Position numbers and translations under genes: made by a program. Below, in pieces: positions 18,094-27,658 of a stretch of DNA of 47,561 nucleotides. The notes under the pieces are model-generated. The model made no database searches. It saw only the letters and a program-made list of their open reading frames with translations, and was not told the origin of the DNA. The stretch is taken from the IMG/VR virus record IMGVR_UViG_3300036951_000304; one strand, written 5' to 3'. Every line of letters starts with the position of its first letter. Within the stretch, counting starts at the first letter, position 1. The stretch is from a virus (taxonomy: Duplodnaviria; Heunggongvirae; Uroviricota; Caudoviricetes).

Positions 18094-19410
18094 TCACCCA
18101 TTCTTTTTCTGAAATACAAATACTGGCTCGTATTTGTTCACTCTACCTTCACATCTTACAGTATTCATTGTACCACGGGCAGAGATATCCTCAAGGTTGT
18201 TATCTCGTCCTATAGTAAATCTCATTAGCATATGTATCATATCACGATTTTGAAACCCAACACTCTCTGCCAAGGACGCGGAATCCTCTTCCATTTTGAG
18301 ATATTTATTTTTCGCCAATTTTATGTTTGCAATATTCCAGACAAAGAAACCACCGGGCATCAGAAATTCGTGGACATTCTGCATTGTCTTTTTCAAGAAA
18401 CCATTCTTCCACGCTTCGTAGGAATTGAATTTCTTATATGACTGTGCATCATCATCACTATATCTTTCCCGATTGAAATATGGTGGTGAGGTATAAGCCA
18501 AAACCGCCTTACCTTTGTACTTTTCAAATAGGTCTGTTTTATCAAAATCCTCGGAACCCGAGCAAATTGGATACACTTCGGCGGTGCAGGAAGGGTCAAT
18601 GAATTTCTTCCAGAACTTTTCTATCATCCCATACCTCTCGTATATCGCCGAGTTGGGGTCTGTTCCTATATATACACACCTTTTATTTCTTAGCTGGGAA
18701 GAAGCCGAAAGAAATGAAATCAATCTACCGCCCCACCCCATTGACGGGTCAAAGACAATTATCTCTTCCTCCTCTACACAGGGAGACATCTTCAACATAA
18801 AATGTTGATATATCCATTTTGCCACGGGGCATCTTATATTTGAAACTGGCTGTGTTCCGGAACCCATTCTGATTGATTGTTTGAGAGTGGGCCAGACGGG
18901 TTTATTCGGGTTGTCTCTCCATCCATTGAGTTTATCTTTCCACAACATCCTCTTCATCTTCTTCATATAGACTTGTTTATCTCTCAACAAGTCTATTACA
19001 GATGGTGTCTGCTGATTTATTCCACGGGTAATGGGAACATCCATCATTTCTGGAAACCAATGGTCTATAACAGTTGACCAGGCGTTGTACCCCTTGAGGA
19101 TTTTCTTGCCATCCTCTTCAAAATATATGTCAGGTTTATTCGGGTTGAGCCCGTGAAACTTTCTCAATCTGGTAATTATTTCTTCAAGAGAGGCGGAGCC
19201 TGCACCAACCGGATAATGTTCCTTCTCATACTTCTCCAAAAAGAAAATACGCAGTTTTTCTGCGTACTTTTCAAATTCCTTTTCAGACATATCCCTGACT
19301 ATTGGCCACAATGGGTTCAATTCATCAGGAACTTCAAGTGTCGTATACAATGGAAGGAAATCACAGTCCTCAATTTTATCTTCCTTCACATCAAAAAATG
19401 TTTCAATCAT
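18094..19410 (-). CDS. DNA amino-methyltransferase (m4C/m6A type)
   Basis: Motif I VFDPSMGWGGRL, YIGTDPN, catalytic TSPPYFNRERYS. Confidence 0.85.
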   Translation of the reverse strand: MIETFFDVKEDKIEDCDFLPLYTTLEVPDELNPLWPIVRDMSEKEFEKYAEKLRIFFLEKYEKEHYPVGAGSASLEEIITRLRKFHGLNPNKPDIYFEEDGKKILKGYNAWSTVIDHWFPEMMDVPITRGINQQTPSVIDLLRDKQVYMKKMKRMLWKDKLNGWRDNPNKPVWPTLKQSIRMGSGTQPVSNIRCPVAKWIYQHFMLKMSPCVEEEEIIVFDPSMGWGGRLISFLSASSQLRNKRCVYIGTDPNSAIYERYGMIEKFWKKFIDPSCTAEVYPICSGSEDFDKTDLFEKYKGKAVLAYTSPPYFNRERYSDDDAQSYKKFNSYEAWKNGFLKKTMQNVHEFLMPGGFFVWNIANIKLAKNKYLKMEEDSASLAESVGFQNRDMIHMLMRFTIGRDNNLEDISARGTMNTVRCEGRVNKYEPVFVFQKKNG

Positions 19411-19975
19411 TATATCCTCTGAATTTCTCAATACTCTCTTTCAATAGTTGTTCGCCCTTCGACGGATTATAAATCGTAAAGGCCGGGTGAACAGAAATCA
19501 CCACGGGGCAATCAAATTCCCTGCTGTGTACTTCTTTTCCACTATGTTTCATTATATCACTTTCGCCCAGAATTGTAAACAGGGCGTACCCACCCAAAAT
19601 CAATATGGCCCGCGGTTTCAAAACCTTCAAATATTTTCTTATCCACGGCCAGCATTGTTCCATCTGTTCATTCGATGGTTTTCCATTCTTATTTCCCACC
19701 ACAGGCCTGCAATTTACGGAATTGATAATCAGGAAATCCTCTCTGGAAAGGCCGTTTCTTTTCATTGCATCCCAAAGGATATTTCCGGCCTTTCCGACAA
19801 AAGGTGAGTTCTCACGGACTTCATCGAAGCCCGGAGCCTCACCTATTATCGCAAAACGGGAGGAAGATACCCAATAGGGTTTCGCCCCACCATTCTGAAA
19901 GAGAGAACATTTTTTACACTCCCCGATCATATTGTCGAGAAGCGACAACATTCGTAGTTGTTTTTTATCCATCAA
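19403..19975 (-). CDS. udg: Uracil-DNA glycosylase family 4 (Fe-S)
   Basis: CKKC, IIGEAPG, PFVGKAG, NSVNCRP, EQC, SVHPAF. Confidence 0.93.
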   Translation of the reverse strand: MMDKKQLRMLSLLDNMIGECKKCSLFQNGGAKPYWVSSSRFAIIGEAPGFDEVRENSPFVGKAGNILWDAMKRNGLSREDFLIINSVNCRPVVGNKNGKPSNEQMEQCWPWIRKYLKVLKPRAILILGGYALFTILGESDIMKHSGKEVHSREFDCPVVISVHPAFTIYNPSKGEQLLKESIEKFRGYND

Positions 19976-20174
19976 GTATCATCACCAATACAGCACAAAA
20001 TATGAGAAACACAAGACCAAGAACGGGCGGAACCCAAATCGGAGCAAATATCCACCACCAAGACCACCCAATAAAACCCAAGACTTTGAGGGTTATCAAA
20101 AATATTGTCAATAAAACAAAAGGCCACATACTCAAACTTCTCCTTTCTCTTTTTTCCCACCATCGTTTTTTCAT
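19965..20174 (-). CDS. Small membrane protein (WSWWW motif, Tmemb_185A-like phage family)
   Basis: LITLKVLGFIGWSWWWIFAPIW; two hydrophobic helices. Confidence 0.75.
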   Translation of the reverse strand: MKKRWWEKRERRSLSMWPFVLLTIFLITLKVLGFIGWSWWWIFAPIWVPPVLGLVFLIFCAVLVMILDG

Positions 20175-21547
20175 CGCCTGCTCCTCTGGCCTCTTTCCTG
20201 ACCAATCAGGACGGCTTTTCTTTCATCACCAGTTTCCTTCGCGTCCTCCAACCACAGTTCAAGCTCGGAAGTATCGTACATCTTCAATGTGCGAGTATCG
20301 TAATAAAATTTGTCCACTTCCCCAACTCGACCACCAATCCTGTTCTTCACAATCTTATAATGCAGTTCACTCTCATAAATCAGTTTCTCGTCATCCACGC
20401 CGTAGATTGCCATAAAATCTGCGGTTGCCGGAACCCCCATACTTTCTGCGATATAGACAAAATCAACTTCATCAAAAGCAATCATCGAGCCTTCCCTGTT
20501 CAATTGTGAAACAGAAACAACCGGACATTCAAACTGGAATGACATCGCTCTACATTCCTCGGCTATCCTCTTGACATCAGAATAGAGATTGTCTTTACCT
20601 GAATAGGTGGGTTTCATTATATTGATATAGTCGAGGTAGATGATATCTGGTTTCACACCCCTGATAATCCATTCCCTTATCAACCTTTTTATATCCTGAA
20701 CAGAGGCCTCGCCGGTTGGAAATTGTTTGATGACGAGTTTTCCTCGTTGAGGGGTTTCACTCTTTATCTTTCTCAATCTGGATATCAATTGGCTCTTCAT
20801 CGCCTCAAGAGTATATATCTTGTTGATATCAAGGTTACTGAAGATACTGTCAAATCTTTGTGCGAAAGCATCCTCTGACATTTCCAATGTACAGAGAAAT
20901 ACATTATGACCGTGAAGAACTTGGCGGGCAGCAATATTGGCAAGGGTATTTGATTTGAACCCGTGAACACGGGCCACAATTACCGAAAATGTAAATGGTG
21001 GGAACCCACCATTGAGATACTCATCGAATTGGGGAAAATATGTTCTTATCCTGTTTGAGGATGTAGTGAAAATCCTCTTCAATCTTTCCCCGAGCATTTC
21101 AAAATAGTCAAGACCGATATCTATCCTCAAATCTTTCGCCAGGGCAGCCTCGACCAGTTCTCTTATCTTTCCTCTCTCTTCTATCTTTCCACTATTGATA
21201 ACATCAACGGAATCGAGAATGGCTCTCTTGACGGCTTTATCCTTGAGATATTCATTCGATTCCTTGAGAAGATAATCCCAGTTCTTCGCGATATCGAAAT
21301 CAATAGCGTCCATCTCGGAGAATATTTCCCGAATCTCATCATCGTGATGAGAAAGGGAACCCCTGATGGCATCCCTCGGTGGGATTTTGTCATACTGCTC
21401 CAGATGAGACTTCAGAAAAGTGAAAATCTCCGATATTACGGGATCATCAAAATACTCTGTTCGAAATGTGGATGTAATAGTCGCAAGAAATCCCTTGTCA
21501 ACCATACAACCTTTCAATATGACTTTTTCAAGAAATCTCGAATCCAT
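20171..21547 (-). CDS. gp41: Replicative DnaB/gp41-like helicase
   Basis: TLEMSE, IKQFPTG, IYLDYINIM, VVSVSQLNREG, AESMG, VKNRIGG; Walker A atypical (ARVHGFKS). Confidence 0.9.
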   Translation of the reverse strand: MDSRFLEKVILKGCMVDKGFLATITSTFRTEYFDDPVISEIFTFLKSHLEQYDKIPPRDAIRGSLSHHDDEIREIFSEMDAIDFDIAKNWDYLLKESNEYLKDKAVKRAILDSVDVINSGKIEERGKIRELVEAALAKDLRIDIGLDYFEMLGERLKRIFTTSSNRIRTYFPQFDEYLNGGFPPFTFSVIVARVHGFKSNTLANIAARQVLHGHNVFLCTLEMSEDAFAQRFDSIFSNLDINKIYTLEAMKSQLISRLRKIKSETPQRGKLVIKQFPTGEASVQDIKRLIREWIIRGVKPDIIYLDYINIMKPTYSGKDNLYSDVKRIAEECRAMSFQFECPVVSVSQLNREGSMIAFDEVDFVYIAESMGVPATADFMAIYGVDDEKLIYESELHYKIVKNRIGGRVGEVDKFYYDTRTLKMYDTSELELWLEDAKETGDERKAVLIGQERGQRSRR

Positions 21548-21915
21548 CAATTCACCTGCTCGAATTGGCTACACTTATATATTATCTGATCTTTGGACAT
21601 TTGACAATTATGCTTACAAAGATTACAGAGGCTCTTATTTTTTTCGAGAGAAATTGGATAGACCTTTTCATAAGATTTGGGTAAAATGAAAAGTTTTTCC
21701 ACATCAAGCTCGTCCAATATTTCCTTTGCAACGGTGCTCGCTCTGCCTTGCAATCTCAAATATTGTTTGAGAGTAAGATAATTTTTGATATTTGGAACAT
21801 CATCAACCTTGGTGATTTTTTTCAAAAAATTGAATTTGTTCTTCCTCAAAATTCCAAGGTTCCAGCTTCCATCCGTATCCTTTACAACGGCCATTGCTTT
21901 TATGTTTATACTCAT
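21547..21915 (-). CDS. Hypothetical protein with C-terminal CxxCxxxC
   Basis: Start reassigned to MSINIK (GGAGG RBS), downstream of the early promoter. Confidence 0.65.
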   Translation of the reverse strand: MSINIKAMAVVKDTDGSWNLGILRKNKFNFLKKITKVDDVPNIKNYLTLKQYLRLQGRASTVAKEILDELDVEKLFILPKSYEKVYPISLEKNKSLCNLCKHNCQMSKDQIIYKCSQFEQVN

Positions 21916-21942
21916 AAAACGCCTCCACATTTTATCTACTGT

Positions 21943-21971
21943 ATTATACCACAATTTGGCTTGATTGTAAA
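21943..21971 (-). promoter_or_regulatory. Sigma70-type early promoter TTTACA-17-TATAAT (TG-extended) for the replication operon
   Basis: TTTACA atcaagccaaattgtgg TATAAT. Confidence 0.8.
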
Positions 21972-21977
21972 TAGAAG

Positions 21978-22016
21978 TTTACACTTGAAATACAATATGT
22001 TATAATAGTATAAATA
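21978..22016 (+). promoter_or_regulatory. Tandem early (TTTACA-17-TATAAT, 21978-22006) and late (TATAAATA, 22009-22016) promoters for uvsY-HEG-uvsW
   Basis: Both consensus sequences are exact. Confidence 0.8.
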
Positions 22017-22036
22017 CATATACAAGAGGATCTTCA

Positions 22037-22486
22037 ATGAATAATAACAATGATTTGGCCCAAGGTGAAGTTGTAGAAAGGGATAAAATCTGGAAAGAAT
22101 TATATAATTTACACCCGATAGACAAGCAAGTCCAGTTTTCAGAACTCGATATACAGGAAAAAATCCGAAATCAACCATTTCTTTTACTCCAATATAATGA
22201 CCTCTATTACAAGGAAAGGGCCCGGATGGATAAAATGTTGGAAGTTGTAGATAAAATACAGGGTACAAGATATGACTTCTACAAATTCAATTACGATAAA
22301 GAGCTGACAAAATACGAAATAGAAAAGTTTTATCTTCCAAAAGACCCCACCCTCCTGAAAGCAAAGGAAAAACTGAGAAAACAACAATGGAGAGTTGACT
22401 TCTACAAAATGTGTTCTGATGCCATAAACAATCAAGGTTGGCAATTCAAATCGTATATGGAGGCCCTGAAACAGGGCCTTATGTGA
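22037..22486 (+). CDS. uvsY: UvsY-like recombination mediator
   Basis: Helical 149-aa protein ending KDPTLL...RVDFYK...AINNQGWQFKS (cf. INNRGFQIKN); next to uvsW. Confidence 0.7.
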   Translation: MNNNNDLAQGEVVERDKIWKELYNLHPIDKQVQFSELDIQEKIRNQPFLLLQYNDLYYKERARMDKMLEVVDKIQGTRYDFYKFNYDKELTKYEIEKFYLPKDPTLLKAKEKLRKQQWRVDFYKMCSDAINNQGWQFKSYMEALKQGLM

Positions 22487-22519
22487 TCATTATATCAATA
22501 AATATCAAAAAAGTAAACA

Positions 22520-23146
22520 ATGATAATTTATAAAGTAAGTAACAAAAAAACTGGTAAATCATATATTGGAAAAACAATTCTATCTATTTCCAAAAGGATT
22601 TCAAATCATCTGAATGAAGCCCAAAGAAATAAAAAGAGATATGTATTTCATAATGCGCTAATAAAGTATGGTATAGACAATTTCAACATTGAAGTATTAT
22701 GTCATTGCTCAAATAAAGATAATCTCAGTAAAATGGAGACATTCTATATTCAATATTATAATACGCACTATCTCGATGGATATGGTTATAATATGTCTTA
22801 TGGTGGAGATGGACAAATTGGGCATATACATACAAAAGAAACAAGAAGAAAAATGAGTTTAGCACAAAAAGAAAGACATAAAAAATTTGGGCATCCATTG
22901 TCGGGTAAACATTTGACAGAAAAGCATAAACATAGGCTTTCATTATTCTGGAAAGGAAAAGAAAGAAAAAAATGGACAGCCGAGCAAAAAAGAAAGGCCT
23001 CTGAATTTTGGAAAGGGAAAAGATCGGGTAAAAATAACTCGATGTATGGTAGAAAAAGAATTTTTTCTGATGAAACCAAAAAGAAAATAAGTGAGGCTGT
23101 GAAACTAGCGTGGCAAAAAAGAAAAGAAAATGGTTACAATTTGTAA
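22520..23146 (+). mobile_element. Free-standing GIY-YIG homing endonuclease with NUMOD3 repeats
   Basis: MIIYKVSNKKTGKSYIGKT, GYGYN, HTKETRRKMS, FSDETKKKIS. Confidence 0.92.
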
Positions 23147-24575
23147 ACACGACTTTCTGAACATCCAAATAAACACGGAAGATTACAAATATCTCCGAGA
23201 AGTGAGAGACTTCTTCTCAGCATATGTCGAAGGGTATCAATTTATGCCCTCCTTCACCCACGGTGGATGGGATGGAAGAGTTTCAATGTTGAACCTCTCC
23301 AACAAAACAATCCCCTATGGTCTATTGACAGACTTCATAAAGTTCCACAAAAAATATCATTCAGAGACAGAATTGAAAATAGAACAAGATGTTCTCAATT
23401 TCTTCCGTGGGAAGAATGTTGATCCTGTATATGACTTGTCTCTCCAACCCCATTACTATCAGGATGATTGTATCAGGACTGCCCTCAAGTATAAACGGGG
23501 AATAATAAGGTCAGCCACAGCAAGTGGAAAGTCTCTTATCATATCCTACATAATCAAAACCCTGTTCGAAAACAACCTTTCAAAAAAGGTTCTCATCATT
23601 GTTCCCACAATTTCTCTGGTAGAGCAGTTTTATGGTGACCTCTTGGAATATGGTTATTTCAAAAAAGAAGTCTTGGGAAGGGTTTATGAGAAATGTAAGG
23701 AGTTTGACAGGAAGGTTGTCATTTCCACCTGGCAGACATTGAGCCGAAATCACAAATTACTTCCCCAATTCGATTGTCTGATATGTGATGAAACACACGG
23801 AGCCAAGGCACACGAAATCAAGAAAATCCTCAGCAAATGCACACAAGCGGATTACCGCTGGGGATTTACTGGTACACTTCCCACACCAAAAATCGACATA
23901 TGGAATGTCAAGTCATACCTTGGCCCGATATTGAGAGAGTATGGTGCTGGTCAGCTTGGGGATGAGGGATATATCAGCAAATGTAATGTCAAGTTTGTTG
24001 GAATACATTACAAGGGGAACTATAAGGGAACCTATGAGGAAATCAAAGATGCCATTTTCAGAAATCATTTCAGGCTGAATACCATCAGGGATATCATCAA
24101 ATCCGTGGACAAAAATATCCTCGTACTGGTTGCCAGAGTAGAAAAGGAGGGGATATTGCTGAAGCAGTATCTTGAAAAAAACCCAGTTGACAGCAGGGAA
24201 ATTGTATTTCTGTACGGAAAAACAAAGGTCGAGGACAGGGAATATTGGAGAAAGGAATGTGAAAGAAGAAACGATATCATTCTGATCGCGACTTATGGTA
24301 TATTCCAGATGGGTGTCAACATTCCATCATTGAAGTATGTCATTCTCGCCAGCCCGTTCAAAAGCAAAATCAGGGTTCTTCAATCAATTGGTAGAAGTTT
24401 GAGAAAACACGCGGATAAACTGGACGGGGCCTATGTATTCGATATTTTCGACAACTGTAAATATCTGAGAGACCACGGTATAAAAAGAGAACGACATTAT
24501 ATATCTGAGGGGTTCAAGGTCGAAGATATCCCTCTTGAAGAAGGATCATCATTTTTTCCCACCGAAAACCAGTAG
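23130..24575 (+). CDS. uvsW: UvsW SF2 DNA helicase
   Basis: SATASGKS, VPTISLVEQ, ISTWQT, DETH, GFTGT, GVNIPSL, LQSIGRSLR. Confidence 0.95.
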   Translation: MVTICKHDFLNIQINTEDYKYLREVRDFFSAYVEGYQFMPSFTHGGWDGRVSMLNLSNKTIPYGLLTDFIKFHKKYHSETELKIEQDVLNFFRGKNVDPVYDLSLQPHYYQDDCIRTALKYKRGIIRSATASGKSLIISYIIKTLFENNLSKKVLIIVPTISLVEQFYGDLLEYGYFKKEVLGRVYEKCKEFDRKVVISTWQTLSRNHKLLPQFDCLICDETHGAKAHEIKKILSKCTQADYRWGFTGTLPTPKIDIWNVKSYLGPILREYGAGQLGDEGYISKCNVKFVGIHYKGNYKGTYEEIKDAIFRNHFRLNTIRDIIKSVDKNILVLVARVEKEGILLKQYLEKNPVDSREIVFLYGKTKVEDREYWRKECERRNDIILIATYGIFQMGVNIPSLKYVILASPFKSKIRVLQSIGRSLRKHADKLDGAYVFDIFDNCKYLRDHGIKRERHYISEGFKVEDIPLEEGSSFFPTENQ

Positions 24576-25214
24576 ATGTGATTTTCCCAAATTACTTTTC
24601 ATCATCGAAGAAAAATAATCCTTGTATTTTTTTATGTATTTGTTGATATCCGGTTGATGCTTGTTTATATGATCTTTTTTTTCTGGTTTGCCGAGCAGAA
24701 CATCTGACGGAAATGAAATAATCATTACACCCTCCTTATTCAATACGCTCACAAAATCATCTACCAATCTGAAAGCATTTTTTCCTTCAAGGTGTTCCAA
24801 TGTTTCAATACAGAGAATTACATCCACCTTCGGCACTTTTGTTTTTATATCGTCCTGCTCAAGGTCGAGACAAAAAGTATGACACCCAAAATCAAATAGC
24901 CTCTCAAGTTTGTCTTTGGCTATATCAACACAATAATAGTTCTTTGGATTGACCCCCTTTTGAAACAGGAAATAATCGGCAACATTATGACCATCACCGG
25001 AGGCACAATCAAGCCAGTTTCCCCCATTGAAATACTTATTCGGAACAAGAAAAGATAGATGAATTGCCTTGCTATCTTCCAGATTTGCCCTACTTCTTTT
25101 ATTGAGGATGAGAGCCTCCATACATAATTTTTTTATCTCCTCATTATCCGTCAGGTCATATATCTTTTTTACCTTTTCTGATATTGTTCCTCTCACATTG
25201 ATTTTTTCTTTCAT
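24549..25214 (-). CDS. Class I SAM-dependent methyltransferase
   Basis: WLDCASGDG, CVDI, DVILCIETLEHL. Confidence 0.85.
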   Translation of the reverse strand: MKEKINVRGTISEKVKKIYDLTDNEEIKKLCMEALILNKRSRANLEDSKAIHLSFLVPNKYFNGGNWLDCASGDGHNVADYFLFQKGVNPKNYYCVDIAKDKLERLFDFGCHTFCLDLEQDDIKTKVPKVDVILCIETLEHLEGKNAFRLVDDFVSVLNKEGVMIISFPSDVLLGKPEKKDHINKHQPDINKYIKKYKDYFSSMMKSNLGKSHLLVFGGKK

Positions 25215-25852
25215 TTCTCCCCACCAATATAATAAATGTTTTTGCGGAGCCTTCCGGCTTCTATTTTTCTGAAAAATCTTTCCATCAATTTTTCTAGCGA
25301 TCCTTCATCAAAATACGATATATGCTCATATTTCATCCATCCATCTGTATCATAGTAAGATGGAACCTCAACATATATAATACCCTCTTTTGACAATAAT
25401 CGTTGCCATATATTCAAAACTTTACTTGGATATGGTAAATGTTCAAGACAATGAGATGCAATAATAGTGTCATACTGCTTTATCGGTAGTTTATCTATAA
25501 ATTCCTCGGTAGTAATATCACCATTTATAATATTCCGTCCTGTGGCCATATTATCAACATTTACAAATTCCTTATATCTTATTTCAGAGGCGTCCATCGC
25601 CTTCTGGAACCTCGCCATTCCACTACCAAGGTCGAGAATATTTTTATCCACAAAATATTTTTCAAAATGTTTGACAATCGAAAGATTATGTTTCGACGGG
25701 TTCAATAATATTTTACTTCTGATATTTCTGAAGAGGTCTTGGGTGTACCGATAATCGAATTGCATAAACCCGCAAGACCCACACTTATATAAAACAAACT
25801 CACCAAGTTGTTCATATGGATTTATTATACTATGACACACTTCACAATTCAT
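25211..25852 (-). CDS. Class I SAM-dependent methyltransferase with N-terminal Zn knuckle
   Basis: CEVC...CGSC, ILDLGSGMA, YDTIIASHCLEHLPYP, YVEVP, EHISYF; typical of sugar methyltransferases. Confidence 0.85.
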   Translation of the reverse strand: MNCEVCHSIINPYEQLGEFVLYKCGSCGFMQFDYRYTQDLFRNIRSKILLNPSKHNLSIVKHFEKYFVDKNILDLGSGMARFQKAMDASEIRYKEFVNVDNMATGRNIINGDITTEEFIDKLPIKQYDTIIASHCLEHLPYPSKVLNIWQRLLSKEGIIYVEVPSYYDTDGWMKYEHISYFDEGSLEKLMERFFRKIEAGRLRKNIYYIGGEK

Positions 25853-26586
25853 CTATTTTTCCTCAAAACGTGCCATCTATAAAGCTCGTATTCATTTCCT
25901 CTGTAAAAAATATATCTTATCCTGTTTTCATAGCCACCAAGATGTAAATGTCTGTAGGCCGCCGCATGGGGATATATTTCCCTTATATCGGGACAACAAT
26001 TACAATGGAACCCATTCTTTATCTGATATCTGTCAAACAATGTACCAAAATAGTCCATCAGGTCTGAATTACTGAAAAACCATATGTCCTGAAGGTGTTT
26101 CAGTTTCAGAGAGTGATTGTTCTTTTCATATCTCACAGCATCGTGATAGCCCGGATAAGTATTGTAGTTTGAAGCCCAGAAATATTGAGGATCAAACTTG
26201 GAAAAATCCACGGGCTTCAACCACATCGTATCAAACCTACCAACCATCACCAAGTCATACTTGAAGTTGTTTTCCTGTTCGTATTGTTTCTTCAGCTCCA
26301 ATGTTCTTTTACTACTGTACCACCTACTGAAACCGTTCTGCACTTTCAAACTCTTGGAGAACTTCCTCTGTTTTTCAAAAACAAATTTCTTTGGTTGATA
26401 TAATTCCACAAGTCTTTGTTGATATTTCGGCTCCCAACAATGGATGAAAACATCCACTCCCGATTTCCTCAAAATATATTTCCGATAGTGGTCATAACAT
26501 CTTACATAGTCGATTGTCGAACCACCACCAAAAGAACCATCAGACCCACCAATAAGACCCATCAAACAAAGAGCATACTTGTTCAT
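25849..26586 (-). CDS. Putative glycosyltransferase-like protein, paralog A
   Basis: KYALCLMG...DVFIHCW...SRWYS...LKKQYEQENNFKYDLVMVGRFD...DIWFFSNS; resembles a family common in large dsDNA viruses. Confidence 0.6.
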   Translation of the reverse strand: MNKYALCLMGLIGGSDGSFGGGSTIDYVRCYDHYRKYILRKSGVDVFIHCWEPKYQQRLVELYQPKKFVFEKQRKFSKSLKVQNGFSRWYSSKRTLELKKQYEQENNFKYDLVMVGRFDTMWLKPVDFSKFDPQYFWASNYNTYPGYHDAVRYEKNNHSLKLKHLQDIWFFSNSDLMDYFGTLFDRYQIKNGFHCNCCPDIREIYPHAAAYRHLHLGGYENRIRYIFYRGNEYELYRWHVLRKNR

Positions 26587-27311
26587 TTGAAGCAATGTAA
26601 GACCCACCACCTATAAATTTCATAGTCTGACCATCGGTAAAAGGCATATCTCAATTTATCCTTGTATACAGGATGTAGATGTATCCAATCCCATATAAGT
26701 TTATGAGGGTCATATTCTATATTCCCTATTTTGGGAATGTTGTCATATAATCCTCCGACATAATCAGCAATTTCTGTTCCCATCAAAAACCACATATCGA
26801 GAAGTCTGTGAGATTTTGGGGAGGTATTGCTCTTATCCGATGCTATCCTGTAATTGTTTTTCGGTCTTGGATAATCATTCCAATGAGAGGCGTAAAAATA
26901 CTGGGGATCAAACTGGTCGAACTTCACGGGAACAAACCACATCAGATCAAACCTACCCAGCATTACCATATCATACTTGAAGTTGTTTTCCTGTTCGTAT
27001 TGTTTCTTCAATTTCAGGGATTGCTGGGTACTGTACCATCTACTGAAAGAATTTTGTTTTTCCAGAGCCCAATCACCTCTGAAATTCCAATATTTTTGTC
27101 TCTCATAAATGGCTTTCTTGGGCCCATAAAGCTTGGCCAATGTTTTTTGATGCCTCAAAGACCAAGTATGAATAAACACATCTATATTGTTATGGTCAAA
27201 TATATTCTTCTTATAGTGTTGCCAGCATAATCTGAAATCGGCATCCCCGCCGGCACCATCCTTACCAGTACGACCACCTACAATACCGAAAAGACATAGC
27301 GCAGATTTCAT
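26583..27311 (-). CDS. Putative glycosyltransferase-like protein, paralog B
   Basis: KSALCLFG...DVFIHTW...SRWYS...LKKQYEQENNFKYDMVMLGRFD; clear paralog of A. Confidence 0.6.
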   Translation of the reverse strand: MKSALCLFGIVGGRTGKDGAGGDADFRLCWQHYKKNIFDHNNIDVFIHTWSLRHQKTLAKLYGPKKAIYERQKYWNFRGDWALEKQNSFSRWYSTQQSLKLKKQYEQENNFKYDMVMLGRFDLMWFVPVKFDQFDPQYFYASHWNDYPRPKNNYRIASDKSNTSPKSHRLLDMWFLMGTEIADYVGGLYDNIPKIGNIEYDPHKLIWDWIHLHPVYKDKLRYAFYRWSDYEIYRWWVLHCFK

Positions 27312-27658
27312 ATCTCTATATCCCCTATTCCCTTGTTTCTTTCTACACAAAAATGTCCCGCTGTTTTATCCAAAGAATCTTCCTTCATATCATTTATGAT
27401 AATCCTTGGGCCCCGTGGTAACCCCATAATCAGATGGTCATAAAATAATCCAAATTTCTGTAATTGATCCTCGGTCAATTTTCTGGCGGATTCTTTCCTA
27501 CCAGTTATCAATATTATTGTATATCCCCTTCTATCCCATTCCCTGAATTTCTCAAGAACACCTTCGAGCACTTCGGGCTTGATAATCATCTGTCCTGTCA
27601 TTCCGTGACCGTGATGTTTCAAGATAGTACCATCTATGTCAATGAAAATTGTTTTCAT
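27308..27658 (-). CDS. HAD-superfamily phosphatase (capsule-biosynthesis type)
   Basis: MKTIFIDIDGT (DxDGT), ITGR, IINDMK. Confidence 0.85.
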   Translation of the reverse strand: MKTIFIDIDGTILKHHGHGMTGQMIIKPEVLEGVLEKFREWDRRGYTIILITGRKESARKLTEDQLQKFGLFYDHLIMGLPRGPRIIINDMKEDSLDKTAGHFCVERNKGIGDIEI

